Shown in pieces: positions 11,664-21,407 of a stretch of DNA of 64,000 nucleotides. Below the pieces are notes generated by a model. The model searched no databases. It was not told the DNA's origin and saw only the letters and a list, made by a program, of their open reading frames with translations. Both the position numbers and the translations under genes were made by a program. Position 1 is the stretch's first letter. Each line of letters begins with the position of its first letter. Source of the DNA: Nitrospirota bacterium (GTDB lineage: Bacteria > Nitrospirota > Thermodesulfovibrionia > Thermodesulfovibrionales > Dissulfurispiraceae). The stretch lies in the NCBI GenBank assembly GCA_963710375.1, contig CAVPZX010000004.1, forward strand, positions 32,001 to 96,000, written 5' to 3'.

Positions 11664-11863
11664 ATTCAGACAGTGTAATGAAGGATATGTCTCTTACGCT
11701 CAGGCGCTACGTCCTGACAGTTCTAACGGCTTGTTCGCTACAGCCGCAAAACTCGCCCTTCGGGCTCAGACATTGCGCCTGTTAGACGCTCACTTCGCCG
11801 AGAACTGTTACCAGGACTCCGCGATTCGCTTCAGAGACACATCCTTCATTACACTGTCTGAAT
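11664..11863. repeat. Palindromic MITE-like element, family B copy 1
   Basis: Perfect 23-bp terminal inverted repeat ATTCAGACAGTGTAATGAAGGAT; interior homologous to 63572-63755. Confidence 0.85.
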
Positions 11864-11921
11864 TGCAGGGAAGTATATATAATAACTATGGTAAAATATG
11901 TTTTATATTTCAATATAAGAG

Positions 11922-13811
11922 GTGACGATACTGGAACTGCGTTTGACTTCAGATGAAGTCGTGCAAACTCACAAGGGAGAGAGTCTTTACACCGCCCTGA
12001 AAAAAGCCGGCATTTATCTTGTCGCCTCCTGCGGCGGCAAAGGCACATGCGGGAAATGCAGAGTAAAAGTCCTTGACGGAACTGCTGATTCTCTCTCATA
12101 CGGAAAACTGACTGCAAAAGAGCGTGAAACCGGTTTAGTGCTTGCGTGCCAGACCTTTCCTAAAAGCGATCTCGCTGTTGAGATACCGAAAGAGTCAAAA
12201 CTCGCAATAGGAGACAAGATTGCTATTGCCAGAACTAAAAACCTCGTTGAGTACCTTGAGTCCTTCGGTGTTACTATCAACCCTCCGATTAAACGGATCG
12301 CTCTCGAACTCCCGCCTCCAACCATTATAGACAACATCAGCGACCTTGAACGCCTAAAAAGGGCGCTGGATAAAAAAGGTTTGAGGGATATGGTTTTTTC
12401 ACACGGATTTATATCGACAATGGGCAAGACACTTCGTGAGGCGGAGTGGAAGGTCGATCTTACATATGTGCCGGGCAACGACGTTAGAGGCGAGGCCATT
12501 TTCTTATCGTTTCCGGGGCATTGCAGCAGACGGTACGGATTGGCAATCGACATCGGCACCACCACTGTTGTCGTATATGTTGTAAATCTGCTCGACGGGG
12601 CCGTAATGGACATCGGTTCAACTTATAACTCCCAGATGCGTTTCGGCGATGATGTGATAACAAGGATAGTCCATGCAACCGAAAAGGGAGGGCTCGGTGA
12701 ACTTAGAAACGCTGTGGTTGCCGATATCAACACAATAGTCGCCCCCCTTTTGGAACGGCATGGCATTGAAACATGTGAGGTAGATTCGGCCACTATAGCG
12801 GGCAATACAACAATGTCCCATATATTCTGGGGAATGGACCCAGGCTCCATCAGGGAAGCGCCTTACATCCCTGCGCTCAACTTTTTCCCGCTCTGGAAAG
12901 GAGGCAGTGCCAGACTTTCCATTAACCCCCAGTCGCCCGTTTATACTGTTCCATGCGTAGCCAGTTATGTTGGAGGCGATATTGTTGCCGGGGTGCTCGC
13001 CTCGAAAATGTGCCGGAACCCTGAAATAGCACTTTTTATGGACATAGGCACCAATGGTGAAATAGCCATCGGCAATAATGAATGGCTTATGGCTGCTGCC
13101 TGTTCAGCCGGACCATGTTTCGAAGGCAGCGGGATACGATGCGGAATGCGCGCGACAACTGGAGCAATTGAGGCTATCAAAATCAACAAGCAAACTCTCG
13201 AACCCGAAATATCTGTGATAGGCGGCGGCATACCAATGGGGATATGCGGATCGGGGATGATAGACGCAGTATCTGAGATGTTCCTTACAGGAATTCTCGA
13301 CCTCAAGGGTAAGTTTGTTTCCGGCAAGACCGACAGGGTACGGGACGGCGAAGACAAGTTAGAGTATGTTTTCGAGGGGGGTGATGCCCGGCATAAGGAA
13401 ATCGTGCTTACCGAGGTCAACATCGAAAATCTGCTTCGGGCCAAGGCCGCCATCTACGCCGGCGTTACGACACTGCTCGGCGAAGCCGGTTTCACCCTTG
13501 ATGCAATTGAAAAAATATATATAGCAGGCGGATTCGGCAATTATCTGAATATCGAGAGGGCAATAACACTGGGCATGCTACCTGATGCTCCCATAGATCG
13601 GTTTGTCTTTATGGGAAACACGTCTATCACCGGCGCATACCTCTGCCTGCTTTCCGAAGAATTAAGAAACGAAGCCGAAGAAATCGCTTCAAAAATGACC
13701 TACGTGGAACTTTCCGTTTCCCGCAGCTTTATGGACGAATATATGTCCGCACTCTTCCTGCCCCATACCGATATCAACCAGTTCCCTACGGTGGCAGCAT
13801 TGATGAAATGA
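11922..13811 (+). CDS. ASKHA-domain protein with N-terminal 2Fe-2S ferredoxin (RACo/AcsV-type reductive activator of corrinoid proteins)
   Basis: CGGKGTCGKC...LACQ; DIGTTTV, DIGTNGE, SAGPCFEG, GICGSG, AGGFG. Confidence 0.88.
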   Translation: MTILELRLTSDEVVQTHKGESLYTALKKAGIYLVASCGGKGTCGKCRVKVLDGTADSLSYGKLTAKERETGLVLACQTFPKSDLAVEIPKESKLAIGDKIAIARTKNLVEYLESFGVTINPPIKRIALELPPPTIIDNISDLERLKRALDKKGLRDMVFSHGFISTMGKTLREAEWKVDLTYVPGNDVRGEAIFLSFPGHCSRRYGLAIDIGTTTVVVYVVNLLDGAVMDIGSTYNSQMRFGDDVITRIVHATEKGGLGELRNAVVADINTIVAPLLERHGIETCEVDSATIAGNTTMSHIFWGMDPGSIREAPYIPALNFFPLWKGGSARLSINPQSPVYTVPCVASYVGGDIVAGVLASKMCRNPEIALFMDIGTNGEIAIGNNEWLMAAACSAGPCFEGSGIRCGMRATTGAIEAIKINKQTLEPEISVIGGGIPMGICGSGMIDAVSEMFLTGILDLKGKFVSGKTDRVRDGEDKLEYVFEGGDARHKEIVLTEVNIENLLRAKAAIYAGVTTLLGEAGFTLDAIEKIYIAGGFGNYLNIERAITLGMLPDAPIDRFVFMGNTSITGAYLCLLSEELRNEAEEIASKMTYVELSVSRSFMDEYMSALFLPHTDINQFPTVAALMK

Positions 13812-14005
13812 GCCAATACTCGGATTTTGCATCAGATGACAGCACAGAGTATATATGCCCTATATGTGGAGCAGTGCTCACCACTGAGGAGCGTACCGAA
13901 GACGGCTGGAACTGCAAATGTGGAGAATTCATTCCCAAAAACCTGGCGGTCAACCCATTTAAAGGATTGTCAAATAAGCACAGGAAGAATAATAACTGGA
14001 GATAA
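13808..14005 (+). CDS. Small putative zinc-ribbon protein
   Basis: CPICG...CKCGE; ATGA overlap with the upstream gene. Confidence 0.55.
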   Translation: MSQYSDFASDDSTEYICPICGAVLTTEERTEDGWNCKCGEFIPKNLAVNPFKGLSNKHRKNNNWR

Positions 14006-14035
14006 ACGGGGCTAATTCAGACAATACGCGGACAG

Positions 14036-14278
14036 ATGAGTGATGACCTAATTAAGGAGGAAGAGAAAAACATGCGGCGGCTGAGATGGATCGTTGACCT
14101 TACTCAGGCGACCCTGATGCAGTCCGATCTGACGCTGCATGAATCACTGGCGCTGATGAACAATACAAGGAAAACTGTGCTTTATCTTTTCCCTGATAGG
14201 GAGTTTGTTTATGACCTTATATATACACCTCGATTCCGGAGAATACTGGATGAGCGGTTCGGGATTGCGGATAATTAA
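14036..14278 (+). CDS. Hypothetical protein
   Basis: 80-aa ORF co-oriented in the operon; LFPDREFVYDLIYTPRFRR. Confidence 0.65.
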   Translation: MSDDLIKEEEKNMRRLRWIVDLTQATLMQSDLTLHESLALMNNTRKTVLYLFPDREFVYDLIYTPRFRRILDERFGIADN

Positions 14279-14406
14279 ACGATACCCGATAAGAACACTG
14301 ATAAAATTCCTGCCCTGTAAAGAAATGTTTCAAATAGAAAAGCGCGGCCCGTCTTAATGCCTTCCTCTGTGGTGCATCCATCCGCTGAGTACCGACAATA
14401 TATCTA

Positions 14407-14457
14407 TTGACGGCTTATTGCTTTTTATCATACACTATAATACATTGTAAACAATGT
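14407..14457 (+). promoter_or_regulatory. Sigma70-like promoter with palindromic operator for the toxin-antitoxin pair
   Basis: TTGACG-N18-TACACT followed by the perfect inverted repeat ACATTGT-AA-ACAATGT (14442-14457) just before the GGAGG RBS. Confidence 0.6.
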
Positions 14458-14468
14458 CAGGAGGTTAT

Positions 14469-14894
14469 ATGACAACTGCAACAAAAACAGTGACAAAAAG
14501 CATAAGGATGCAGCACAAAGATCTCGCCGAAATAGAGAGATTATCAAGGCAGTCGGGAAAAGATTTCTCAGCTATAACAAATGAACTCCTGAGAGAAGCC
14601 ATAAAAATGAGAAAATGCCCTGGCATTGTCTTCGCCCATGAGATGGAAAGATCGGCAAAAATAGCCGGCTCCGGGATAGAAGTATGGGAAGTCATTGCGC
14701 AATACAAGGCCATGGACAAGGATGAACAGCGATTGAAAAAAGCTTTCCATTGGCTTACTGAATATCAGCTCAGGTCCGCGCTGGGCTACTATAAAGCTTA
14801 TCCTGAGGAGATAGACCGTCAAATAGAACTGAATGAAATGGTGAATGAGGACTATGTGAGAAAAAACTATTCGCACCTGCGGGTAGGCGCGTAA
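14469..14894 (+). CDS. DUF433-family antitoxin with N-terminal DNA-binding region
   Basis: AKIAGSGIEVWEVI...LTEYQLRSALGYYKAYPEEID; GGAGG RBS before ATG 14469. Confidence 0.8.
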   Translation: MTTATKTVTKSIRMQHKDLAEIERLSRQSGKDFSAITNELLREAIKMRKCPGIVFAHEMERSAKIAGSGIEVWEVIAQYKAMDKDEQRLKKAFHWLTEYQLRSALGYYKAYPEEIDRQIELNEMVNEDYVRKNYSHLRVGA

Positions 14895-14895
14895 A

Positions 14896-15252
14896 TTGAC
14901 ATTCTACCTTGATGAAGATATAAGCCCTAAGATTGCCGAAATATTAAGACAGAATGATATCGATGCGGTAAGCGCCCATGAAGTGGGCAGGGGAGGAACC
15001 AGCGTATCCGATGAAGAGCAACTCGCATATGCTGCAACACAGGACAGATGCCTTGTAACATACAATGGACGCCATTTTGTGGTTCTGACAAGCAAATTCT
15101 TCGAGAAAGAATGGAAGCACTTCGGAATTCTCATCATACCAAGCTCCATACCGTCAGATAATTTTGGAATGATTTCTAAAGCATTAGTCAAATACGCCAG
15201 GCAACATCAAGAGGGCATGCTGCCCTATAGCTGTGACTTCTTGAAAAAGTAA
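14896..15252 (+). CDS. DUF5615 PIN-like toxin
   Basis: FYLDEDISP...SDEEQLAYA...RCLVTYN..HF; follows the DUF433 gene. Confidence 0.82.
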   Translation: MTFYLDEDISPKIAEILRQNDIDAVSAHEVGRGGTSVSDEEQLAYAATQDRCLVTYNGRHFVVLTSKFFEKEWKHFGILIIPSSIPSDNFGMISKALVKYARQHQEGMLPYSCDFLKK

Positions 15253-15352
15253 AAAGAGGATTCGCCAGGCGGTGGATAAATCAACATCCGTTTCTGCTAA
15301 TATACGATATGAGAGACAGCGCATCCGACAACACATTGAGGATACTTAACTG

Positions 15353-17485
15353 ATGGGCTTCTGGAAAGACATCAATAGAGATTATCACGCAATCTTCGAG
15401 CGTGATCCAGCTGCAAGAAATGCTGTTGAGGTCCTGTTGACCTATCCGGGGTTTCATGCCATTTTTATGCACCGCATAAGCCATGCGCTCTGGAATCTTC
15501 GCATACCGGTCCTCCCCAGATTCCTGTCCCATGTAGCGCGGTTCCTCACCGGCATCGAGATTCATCCGGCCGCAAAAATAGGGAGCGGTTTCTTTATTGA
15601 TCACGGTATGGGAGTCGTCATAGGAGAGACTACAGAGATAGGGAATGATTGCCTCTTGTACCAGGGGGTGACACTTGGCGGCACGGGAAAAGAAAAAGGG
15701 AAGCGCCACCCGACACTCGGGAATAACGTGGTCGTAGGAACAGGAGCAAAGATACTTGGACCGATGAAGATAGGCGATTATGTTAAAATTGGCGCTAATT
15801 CGGTTGTTTTGAACCCTGTCCCGGATTACGCCATTGTTGTTGGCGTGCCTGGCCGGATCATAAAAAAGAAAGTCGTGCGGATGGAGGCTGGAGGCCCTGT
15901 TGAGGCGCTTGACCATGTGAAACTCCCGGACCCTGTAAATGAAAAAATGATAGAGTTCGCAGAGCAGATAGAAAAAATTGAAGCGAGGATCGATAAAATG
16001 GAAGGTAAAAGAGCGGGCATGAAGATATTCAATACCATGACAGGGAAAAAAGAAGACTTTATCCCCATAGAGAATGGCAAGGTGGGCATCTATGCCTGCG
16101 GAGTTACAGTCTACGACTATTCGCATATCGGCCATGCAAGGAGTGCCGTGGTTTTTGATATCATCAGCCGGTATCTGAGACATAAGGGATTCACAGTCAA
16201 ATATGTCAGGAACTTTACCGATATAGACGACAAAATAATAAAGCGGGCCAACGAGGAAGGGATCACATGGGACAAAGTCGCACAAAAATATATCGCCGGA
16301 TATTATGAGGATATGGACCGGCTCGGTGTAGCGCGGCCCGATTTGGAGCCGAGGGCAACAGACCATATAAAGGAAATGATTGGAGTCATAAAGGCGCTTA
16401 TTGATAATGGTCACGCCTACGTGTCCGATGGGAGCGTATATTTTGCTGTTGATACATTCCCCGACTATGGCAAGCTCTCAGGGAAAGAGCAAAAAGACCT
16501 CCTTGCAGGCGCGCGTGTCAATATTGAGGAAAATAAAAGGAACCCATCCGATTTTGCACTTTGGAAGGCCTCCAAAGAAAACGAACCGTGGTGGGAGAGC
16601 CCCTGGGGCAAAGGACGTCCGGGATGGCACATTGAATGCACGGCGATGGCAATCCGCCATCTCGGCGAATCTATTGACGTTCATGGCGGCGGCGCTGATC
16701 TTATCTTCCCACACCATGACAATGAGATAGCACAGTCAGAGGCATTCACCGGGAAGCCCTTCGCAAAATATTGGGTCCATAACGGCTTTATCACTATCGA
16801 TAAAGAGAAAATGTCAAAATCTCTTGGAAACTTCTTCACTATCCGTGAAATACTTGATAAATTCGATCCAGAGGTCATAAGACTATTCCTGATCTCAAGT
16901 CATTACCGCAGCCCTATTGAATTTTCGAGCGAACAGTTGCGCGATGCAGAATCATCTTTGGGCCGGTATTACAGCACTATTTCCAGGATCAATGAATTTT
17001 TATCCTGCACCCAGGCATCGGCGCCTAAGCCAAATAAGGATATAGACGAAATATCCGACGAACTCACTTCAGTGCTCGATAAATTTAAAGATCGGTTTGA
17101 AGAAGCGATGGACGATGATTTCAACACCGCCCTCGCAATAGGGCACGTCTTTGAGCTTATCAGGGTGATCAACAAATTCCTCGATGCGAAACCTCAAGGT
17201 AAGGATGCCCGGACACTGATAGAGCGGGCACGGGATACGCTGCATTTAGCAAACAGCGTGCTTAATCTATTCAACAGGACCCCGGCAAAATGGAATGTCG
17301 ATCTGCTGGCTATCAAGAAGATCCCTTTCACAGAGGTCGAGATAGAACAGAAGATAGAGGCCCGGCGGAGCGCAAGGGAGGACAAAGATTGGGCGCTGGC
17401 TGATTCAATCAGGAAAGAGCTTGAGGAGAAAGGGATACTGCTTGAAGATAAAAAGGACAGCACCGGCTGGAAAGTAAAGATTTAA
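15353..17485 (+). CDS. cysE-cysS: Serine O-acetyltransferase (CysE) fused in frame to cysteine--tRNA ligase (CysS)
   Basis: [26 protein letters not shown] in the N-terminal part; [28 protein letters not shown] in the C-terminal part; no stop between them. Confidence 0.9.
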   Translation: MGFWKDINRDYHAIFERDPAARNAVEVLLTYPGFHAIFMHRISHALWNLRIPVLPRFLSHVARFLTGIEIHPAAKIGSGFFIDHGMGVVIGETTEIGNDCLLYQGVTLGGTGKEKGKRHPTLGNNVVVGTGAKILGPMKIGDYVKIGANSVVLNPVPDYAIVVGVPGRIIKKKVVRMEAGGPVEALDHVKLPDPVNEKMIEFAEQIEKIEARIDKMEGKRAGMKIFNTMTGKKEDFIPIENGKVGIYACGVTVYDYSHIGHARSAVVFDIISRYLRHKGFTVKYVRNFTDIDDKIIKRANEEGITWDKVAQKYIAGYYEDMDRLGVARPDLEPRATDHIKEMIGVIKALIDNGHAYVSDGSVYFAVDTFPDYGKLSGKEQKDLLAGARVNIEENKRNPSDFALWKASKENEPWWESPWGKGRPGWHIECTAMAIRHLGESIDVHGGGADLIFPHHDNEIAQSEAFTGKPFAKYWVHNGFITIDKEKMSKSLGNFFTIREILDKFDPEVIRLFLISSHYRSPIEFSSEQLRDAESSLGRYYSTISRINEFLSCTQASAPKPNKDIDEISDELTSVLDKFKDRFEEAMDDDFNTALAIGHVFELIRVINKFLDAKPQGKDARTLIERARDTLHLANSVLNLFNRTPAKWNVDLLAIKKIPFTEVEIEQKIEARRSAREDKDWALADSIRKELEEKGILLEDKKDSTGWKVKI

Positions 17486-18081
17486 AGCAACAGCAGCAGG
17501 CTCATCATTGAAATAGACCAGATGATATCGATCGGCACATGAAGCTCGCAGGTTGCATCAAGCAGCAGTTCAACTCGTGCATCAAACTCCTCATCGGCAG
17601 TCCACAGGATAATGGTCACAGGGATTCTCGGAAATGGAAGCAGCACAAACGCGGCATCCCCGTATTGCACCGGAGTGCCGCCAAACTGGGCCCCCTTCAT
17701 CATAAATCCTTTAACATCACCGGCATATTTCCCTGCCACCCTGTCGAGAGGCATAACATGCGAACCCCTGAAAAAATGATGCCCTCCTTTGAGGTTATCA
17801 GGTTTCAACAATCTGGCGTACAACGGTATATCTTTGGCGCTGGTCAGATACCATGGGACCGAAAGTCTGAAAAAATAGCTGAGCTTGCCCAACAGGATAT
17901 CCCCATCGGCAGTGATGCTTTCTATCAGCTTTTCTCCCGGAGATATAGAAAAGTCCATACCGCATGATGCGAGGATGTACCGTCCTGTTGCCGCATCGAA
18001 TCCGACTGCCGCATTCTTACAGATAACAGCCGGATCAGCTTCTTCCAGTCGCTGCCATGCCTTGTCTTCTCCTGATTGCAT
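17482..18081 (-). CDS. DUF3786-family protein
   Basis: [34 protein letters not shown]. Confidence 0.75.
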   Translation of the reverse strand: MQSGEDKAWQRLEEADPAVICKNAAVGFDAATGRYILASCGMDFSISPGEKLIESITADGDILLGKLSYFFRLSVPWYLTSAKDIPLYARLLKPDNLKGGHHFFRGSHVMPLDRVAGKYAGDVKGFMMKGAQFGGTPVQYGDAAFVLLPFPRIPVTIILWTADEEFDARVELLLDATCELHVPIDIIWSISMMSLLLLL

Positions 18082-18099
18082 GGTGCATTATAACTCATA

Positions 18100-18214
18100 A
18101 AAATGTGAATAGTGAATGGCGAATAGTGAAGCGTGAACGGCTCAAGGCAAAACAGAAAACAAAACATCTATACTTTTTAACTATTCACCATTCACCTTTC
18201 ACTATTCACATTTT
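18100..18214. repeat. Inverted arrays of 7-nt short tandem repeats (GTGAATA-type / TATTCAC-type)
   Basis: gtgaata-gtgaatg-gcgaata-gtgaagc-gtgaacg, then ctattca-ccattca-cctttca-ctattca. Confidence 0.75.
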
Positions 18215-18280
18215 GGAGTTGCTCCCTTTCCATATGACTGTTGCTTATGAAAAATGCTATATTCCAAGCAATAAGGGCTT

Positions 18281-19027
18281 ATGAAAAGAATACAAGATAA
18301 AGGCGAATGGACATACGGAATTAACCCTGTTCTGGAGGCAATAAAGTCAGGGCGGAGAATCAGCGCCGTGTACGTCTACCAACAGAGCCGGCATACCCTC
18401 AGCACGATAATTGAGGCGGCAAGTGCAAATGGCATTCCCGTGAAGTTCGAAACAAAAGAGTTTTTTGAAAGCAGATTTCATAAAGGCCATCAAGGTATCG
18501 CAGCGAGTGCAGGCAAAAGGAAAACAATAAGTATTGAGGAATTGTTGAACATCCCTGCTCGAACAGGAGAGGTCCCTTTTTTTATTGTCCTCGATAGCAT
18601 TGAGGACCCGAGGAATTTCGGTGCGATCCTGAGAGTCGCCGATGCTGCGCGGGTGCACGGGGTGGTGTTCCAGTCTCATCGGTCGGCTGGGATTACCCCT
18701 GTGACTGCAAAAGCATCGGCAGGCGCACTCGAACATGTATACCTTGCCGAGACAGTCAACATAAAGCACGCGATGGAGAAAATGAGGAAGGCGGACATCG
18801 TCTTGATCGGCGCCGAAGCCGGGACAGGAAAAACACTCTGGAATATAGACATGAGGGTCCCTTTGGCCCTGGTAGTAGGATCTGAAGGAGCAGGCCTGAG
18901 GCGGACCGTACGTGACATGTGCGATATGACCGTGAGCCTGCCCATGAAAGGAAAAGTTAATTCACTTAATGTATCAGTTGCAGCCGGTATCCTCGCCTAC
19001 GAGGTCATGCGCCAAAGGAAATCATAA
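18281..19027 (+). CDS. rlmB: 23S rRNA (Gm2251) 2'-O-methyltransferase
   Basis: YGINPVLEA, HQGI, DPRNFGAILR, GSEG.GL, SLNVSVA SPOUT motifs. Confidence 0.9.
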   Translation: MKRIQDKGEWTYGINPVLEAIKSGRRISAVYVYQQSRHTLSTIIEAASANGIPVKFETKEFFESRFHKGHQGIAASAGKRKTISIEELLNIPARTGEVPFFIVLDSIEDPRNFGAILRVADAARVHGVVFQSHRSAGITPVTAKASAGALEHVYLAETVNIKHAMEKMRKADIVLIGAEAGTGKTLWNIDMRVPLALVVGSEGAGLRRTVRDMCDMTVSLPMKGKVNSLNVSVAAGILAYEVMRQRKS

Positions 19028-19061
19028 GCTGCTTTCTCCGGTACCAATGCGCATTCTGTAG

Positions 19062-19448
19062 TTAAAGGTGTTTCTGGATTGTGTTGAGTATTGCCGATGA
19101 TTTACCCTCATCACCCATAATGCCCACACGGACCGTCACTTTGGAATCGGTGTTCGAGAGTGCGCTTATGTCTATCCAGACGTCCTGTCCGCTTACGACT
19201 TTTGATTTAATTTTTGCGCTGGTATTATCGTGAGTATCTTCAAAGAGCGGCATATTGAGCTCCCTGAGGGCAGCAAGGGTAGCATTGTGTACCTTGTGAA
19301 CGGGCTTATTGAATGTCTCGTCCATTTGCCCTTTAACGTATACGGCAGCTCCGCCGCCTATGGCTCCACCCGCCACAAATGCAACGCAACCTGCACCGTA
19401 TATGGCGAACAGCACTGCCAAAACAAATGTGAAATGACGCAACCTCAT
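19062..19448 (-). CDS. DUF3568-family lipoprotein
   Basis: Lipobox-like AGC; VRVGIMGDE..S motif. Confidence 0.7.
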   Translation of the reverse strand: MRLRHFTFVLAVLFAIYGAGCVAFVAGGAIGGGAAVYVKGQMDETFNKPVHKVHNATLAALRELNMPLFEDTHDNTSAKIKSKVVSGQDVWIDISALSNTDSKVTVRVGIMGDEGKSSAILNTIQKHL

Positions 19449-19591
19449 AACAGCACCTCCTATTAATTAGGGCGTACATATACACCCTTGTCGCTTTACA
19501 ATAGATAGTACCTGAATCCAGGAATTTGTCAATATTGGGGGCACTTGGACGAAGGTCCCCGTTCCTGCCTACTCAGGGAGGCTATTTGAAC

Positions 19592-20303
19592 CTATTTGAC
19601 TTCTATCTTGACAATGATATCTTCTGTCGAGGCCACGGGTTTGCCGTTCTTTATCGCTGGAATAAACCGCCACTTCCCTAGGCTGTCCAGCAGAATCCTG
19701 TTAAGACGTGGATTCGGAGTCGGCTTAGCGAGTCTCCACCGTTGCACTGCCATCTACGGCAATATGGAAGCGCGCCAGCGCAGCGGAATTGAATGCTCCC
19801 TCCCGCAGGTCATCCGGAATTTGAGGCATTGGGCGGACAATTGCCCGGGCTCCGCTGCTCGCGTATATATTACCCCGGGTCGAGCCCTTTACGTTATATG
19901 ACCCGGCCTGGGCGCTGCTGTTCGTTGAGATGTTCCCTGTAGCAGTGGCCTGGGCGCCGGCGGGAGCGGCGGCAGCAGGTAACGCCACAGCCGGGCTAGT
20001 TGTCACGGCAGCCGGCGGGCTAACCTGATGTGTCACAGGAGCCTGCTGTGGCTTTACCGGGGGCAGCGGTTTGGGCTTATGCGCGGCAGGCCGTTCATGT
20101 GTCGCAGCCGGAACAGACTGCTCAATCACCTGGGCATCGATGGGAAGCAGCTCTGCCGGCCGATAGGCGGACTTTTCCATAAAATACGCGAACCCCAATA
20201 ATGCGACTGCCCAAATCAGCAGGGCTGCCGGCAGCGTCCAGGGCAGGCGACGCCAGGGGTTGTCAATCTCAGCAGTCTGAGGCAATGGAAAGCCTTTATT
20301 CAT
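19592..20303 (-). CDS. tonB: Energy transducer TonB; apparent +1 frameshift near 19733
   Basis: TM anchor and Pro-rich linker. The C-terminal domain continues in the next frame as LAKPTPNPRLNRILLDSLGKWRFIPAIKNGKPVASTEDIIVKIEVK*. Confidence 0.8.
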
Positions 20304-20700
20304 TGTACTTCACAGCAATCAGAAAATGTTCTGCACCTGCATTACGTGCCTGGAGCATTGCCTGCACCACCACTCCCTCCGGCGCAGCGCTATCCGCCGC
20401 AACAATGATCTGCCCATTCAGACCCTTCAGCATGGGTTTTAGTGTTCCTGCCAGGTTGTCGAGAGTCACAGGGGTGCTGTCTATCAGGATTGCGCTTCCC
20501 TTCGTGATGGTAAGAGTGATCGGAGTTTTTGCCTGCATTGGCGCCGCTTTGCCCTGAGGCAGGTTGACCGGTAACGAATGGAGGTTCTGTAAAGAAAGCG
20601 AAGCTAGAATGAACGTTGCCAGCAGAAAGAACATCACGTCGATCATAGGGATAATTTCGATCCGCCCCTTCCGGTGCTGCCTGGACCTGCGCAGTTTCAT
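20296..20700 (-). CDS. exbD: Biopolymer transporter ExbD
   Basis: IEIIPMIDVMFFLL, VNLP, AAD motifs. Confidence 0.9.
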   Translation of the reverse strand: MKLRRSRQHRKGRIEIIPMIDVMFFLLATFILASLSLQNLHSLPVNLPQGKAAPMQAKTPITLTITKGSAILIDSTPVTLDNLAGTLKPMLKGLNGQIIVAADSAAPEGVVVQAMLQARNAGAEHFLIAVKYNE

Positions 20701-21341
20701 AGAGCGCTCCCGTTCTTTTCCTGGTCCATGCGGATATGATCGACAAGACGTGTGCCCAAACGCTCCATCTCATCCATGGTCCTGGATTGCAGATGCGCGA
20801 AGAAGTTGAACGAGAATAGGGCGATGATGGCGATGATAAGGCCAAGGGTCGTGGCGATCAGCGCCTGGGCCACGCCGCCTGTGATACCTGTAGGATTAAC
20901 CAGCCCGCTGCCTCCGATCAACTTGAATGACTCCATCATGCCGACAATGGTCCCTACAAGTCCAAGCAGCGGCGCAGCTGTAACAATTGTCTCCAATACC
21001 CACAGACCTCTGTTTAAGGCCTTCTCTATCAGCTGCGCCTCGTCGGCAGCGCGGGATTCAACCCACCATGCGGGATTGCTGCGGTTGTCGTAAATCACCT
21101 GGAAGAAGCGGCCGAAATAGTTGCCGGGGACAAGCGAGGCTGTCTGTTGCTTCAGGTCAGCCCAGGCAAACTCATAGGTCTCCACCAAGGTCAACAGGGA
21201 GGCAGGCAGCGCAACATAACGCCGGTATAAGTATGCCTTATCAAGAATAATTGCCAGGGCTATCACCCCTAAAGCCAACAGCGGGTAGATCATCGCTCCG
21301 CCGAATCTCAACTCTTCCAAAGCTATGTGTATCTCTTGCAT
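20697..21341 (-). CDS. exbB: MotA/TolQ/ExbB proton channel protein
   Basis: APLLGLVGTIVGM, GGVAQALIATTLGL; AGAGAGG RBS before ATG 21341. Confidence 0.9.
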   Translation of the reverse strand: MQEIHIALEELRFGGAMIYPLLALGVIALAIILDKAYLYRRYVALPASLLTLVETYEFAWADLKQQTASLVPGNYFGRFFQVIYDNRSNPAWWVESRAADEAQLIEKALNRGLWVLETIVTAAPLLGLVGTIVGMMESFKLIGGSGLVNPTGITGGVAQALIATTLGLIIAIIALFSFNFFAHLQSRTMDEMERLGTRLVDHIRMDQEKNGSAL

Positions 21342-21407
21342 TCTGAACCTCTCTATCTGATAGATTGTTGTGGAGGGGAACAAGTTCCCCTCCGCCAAAA
21401 TAATTTG

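Noticed and set aside
11528..11925. Short ORFs across the purL-RACo gap
   Set aside because: They are translations of the family B repeat; similar peptides recur at 63569-63811
15281..16414. 377-aa minus-strand ORF
   Set aside because: Antisense to cysE-cysS with no protein motifs
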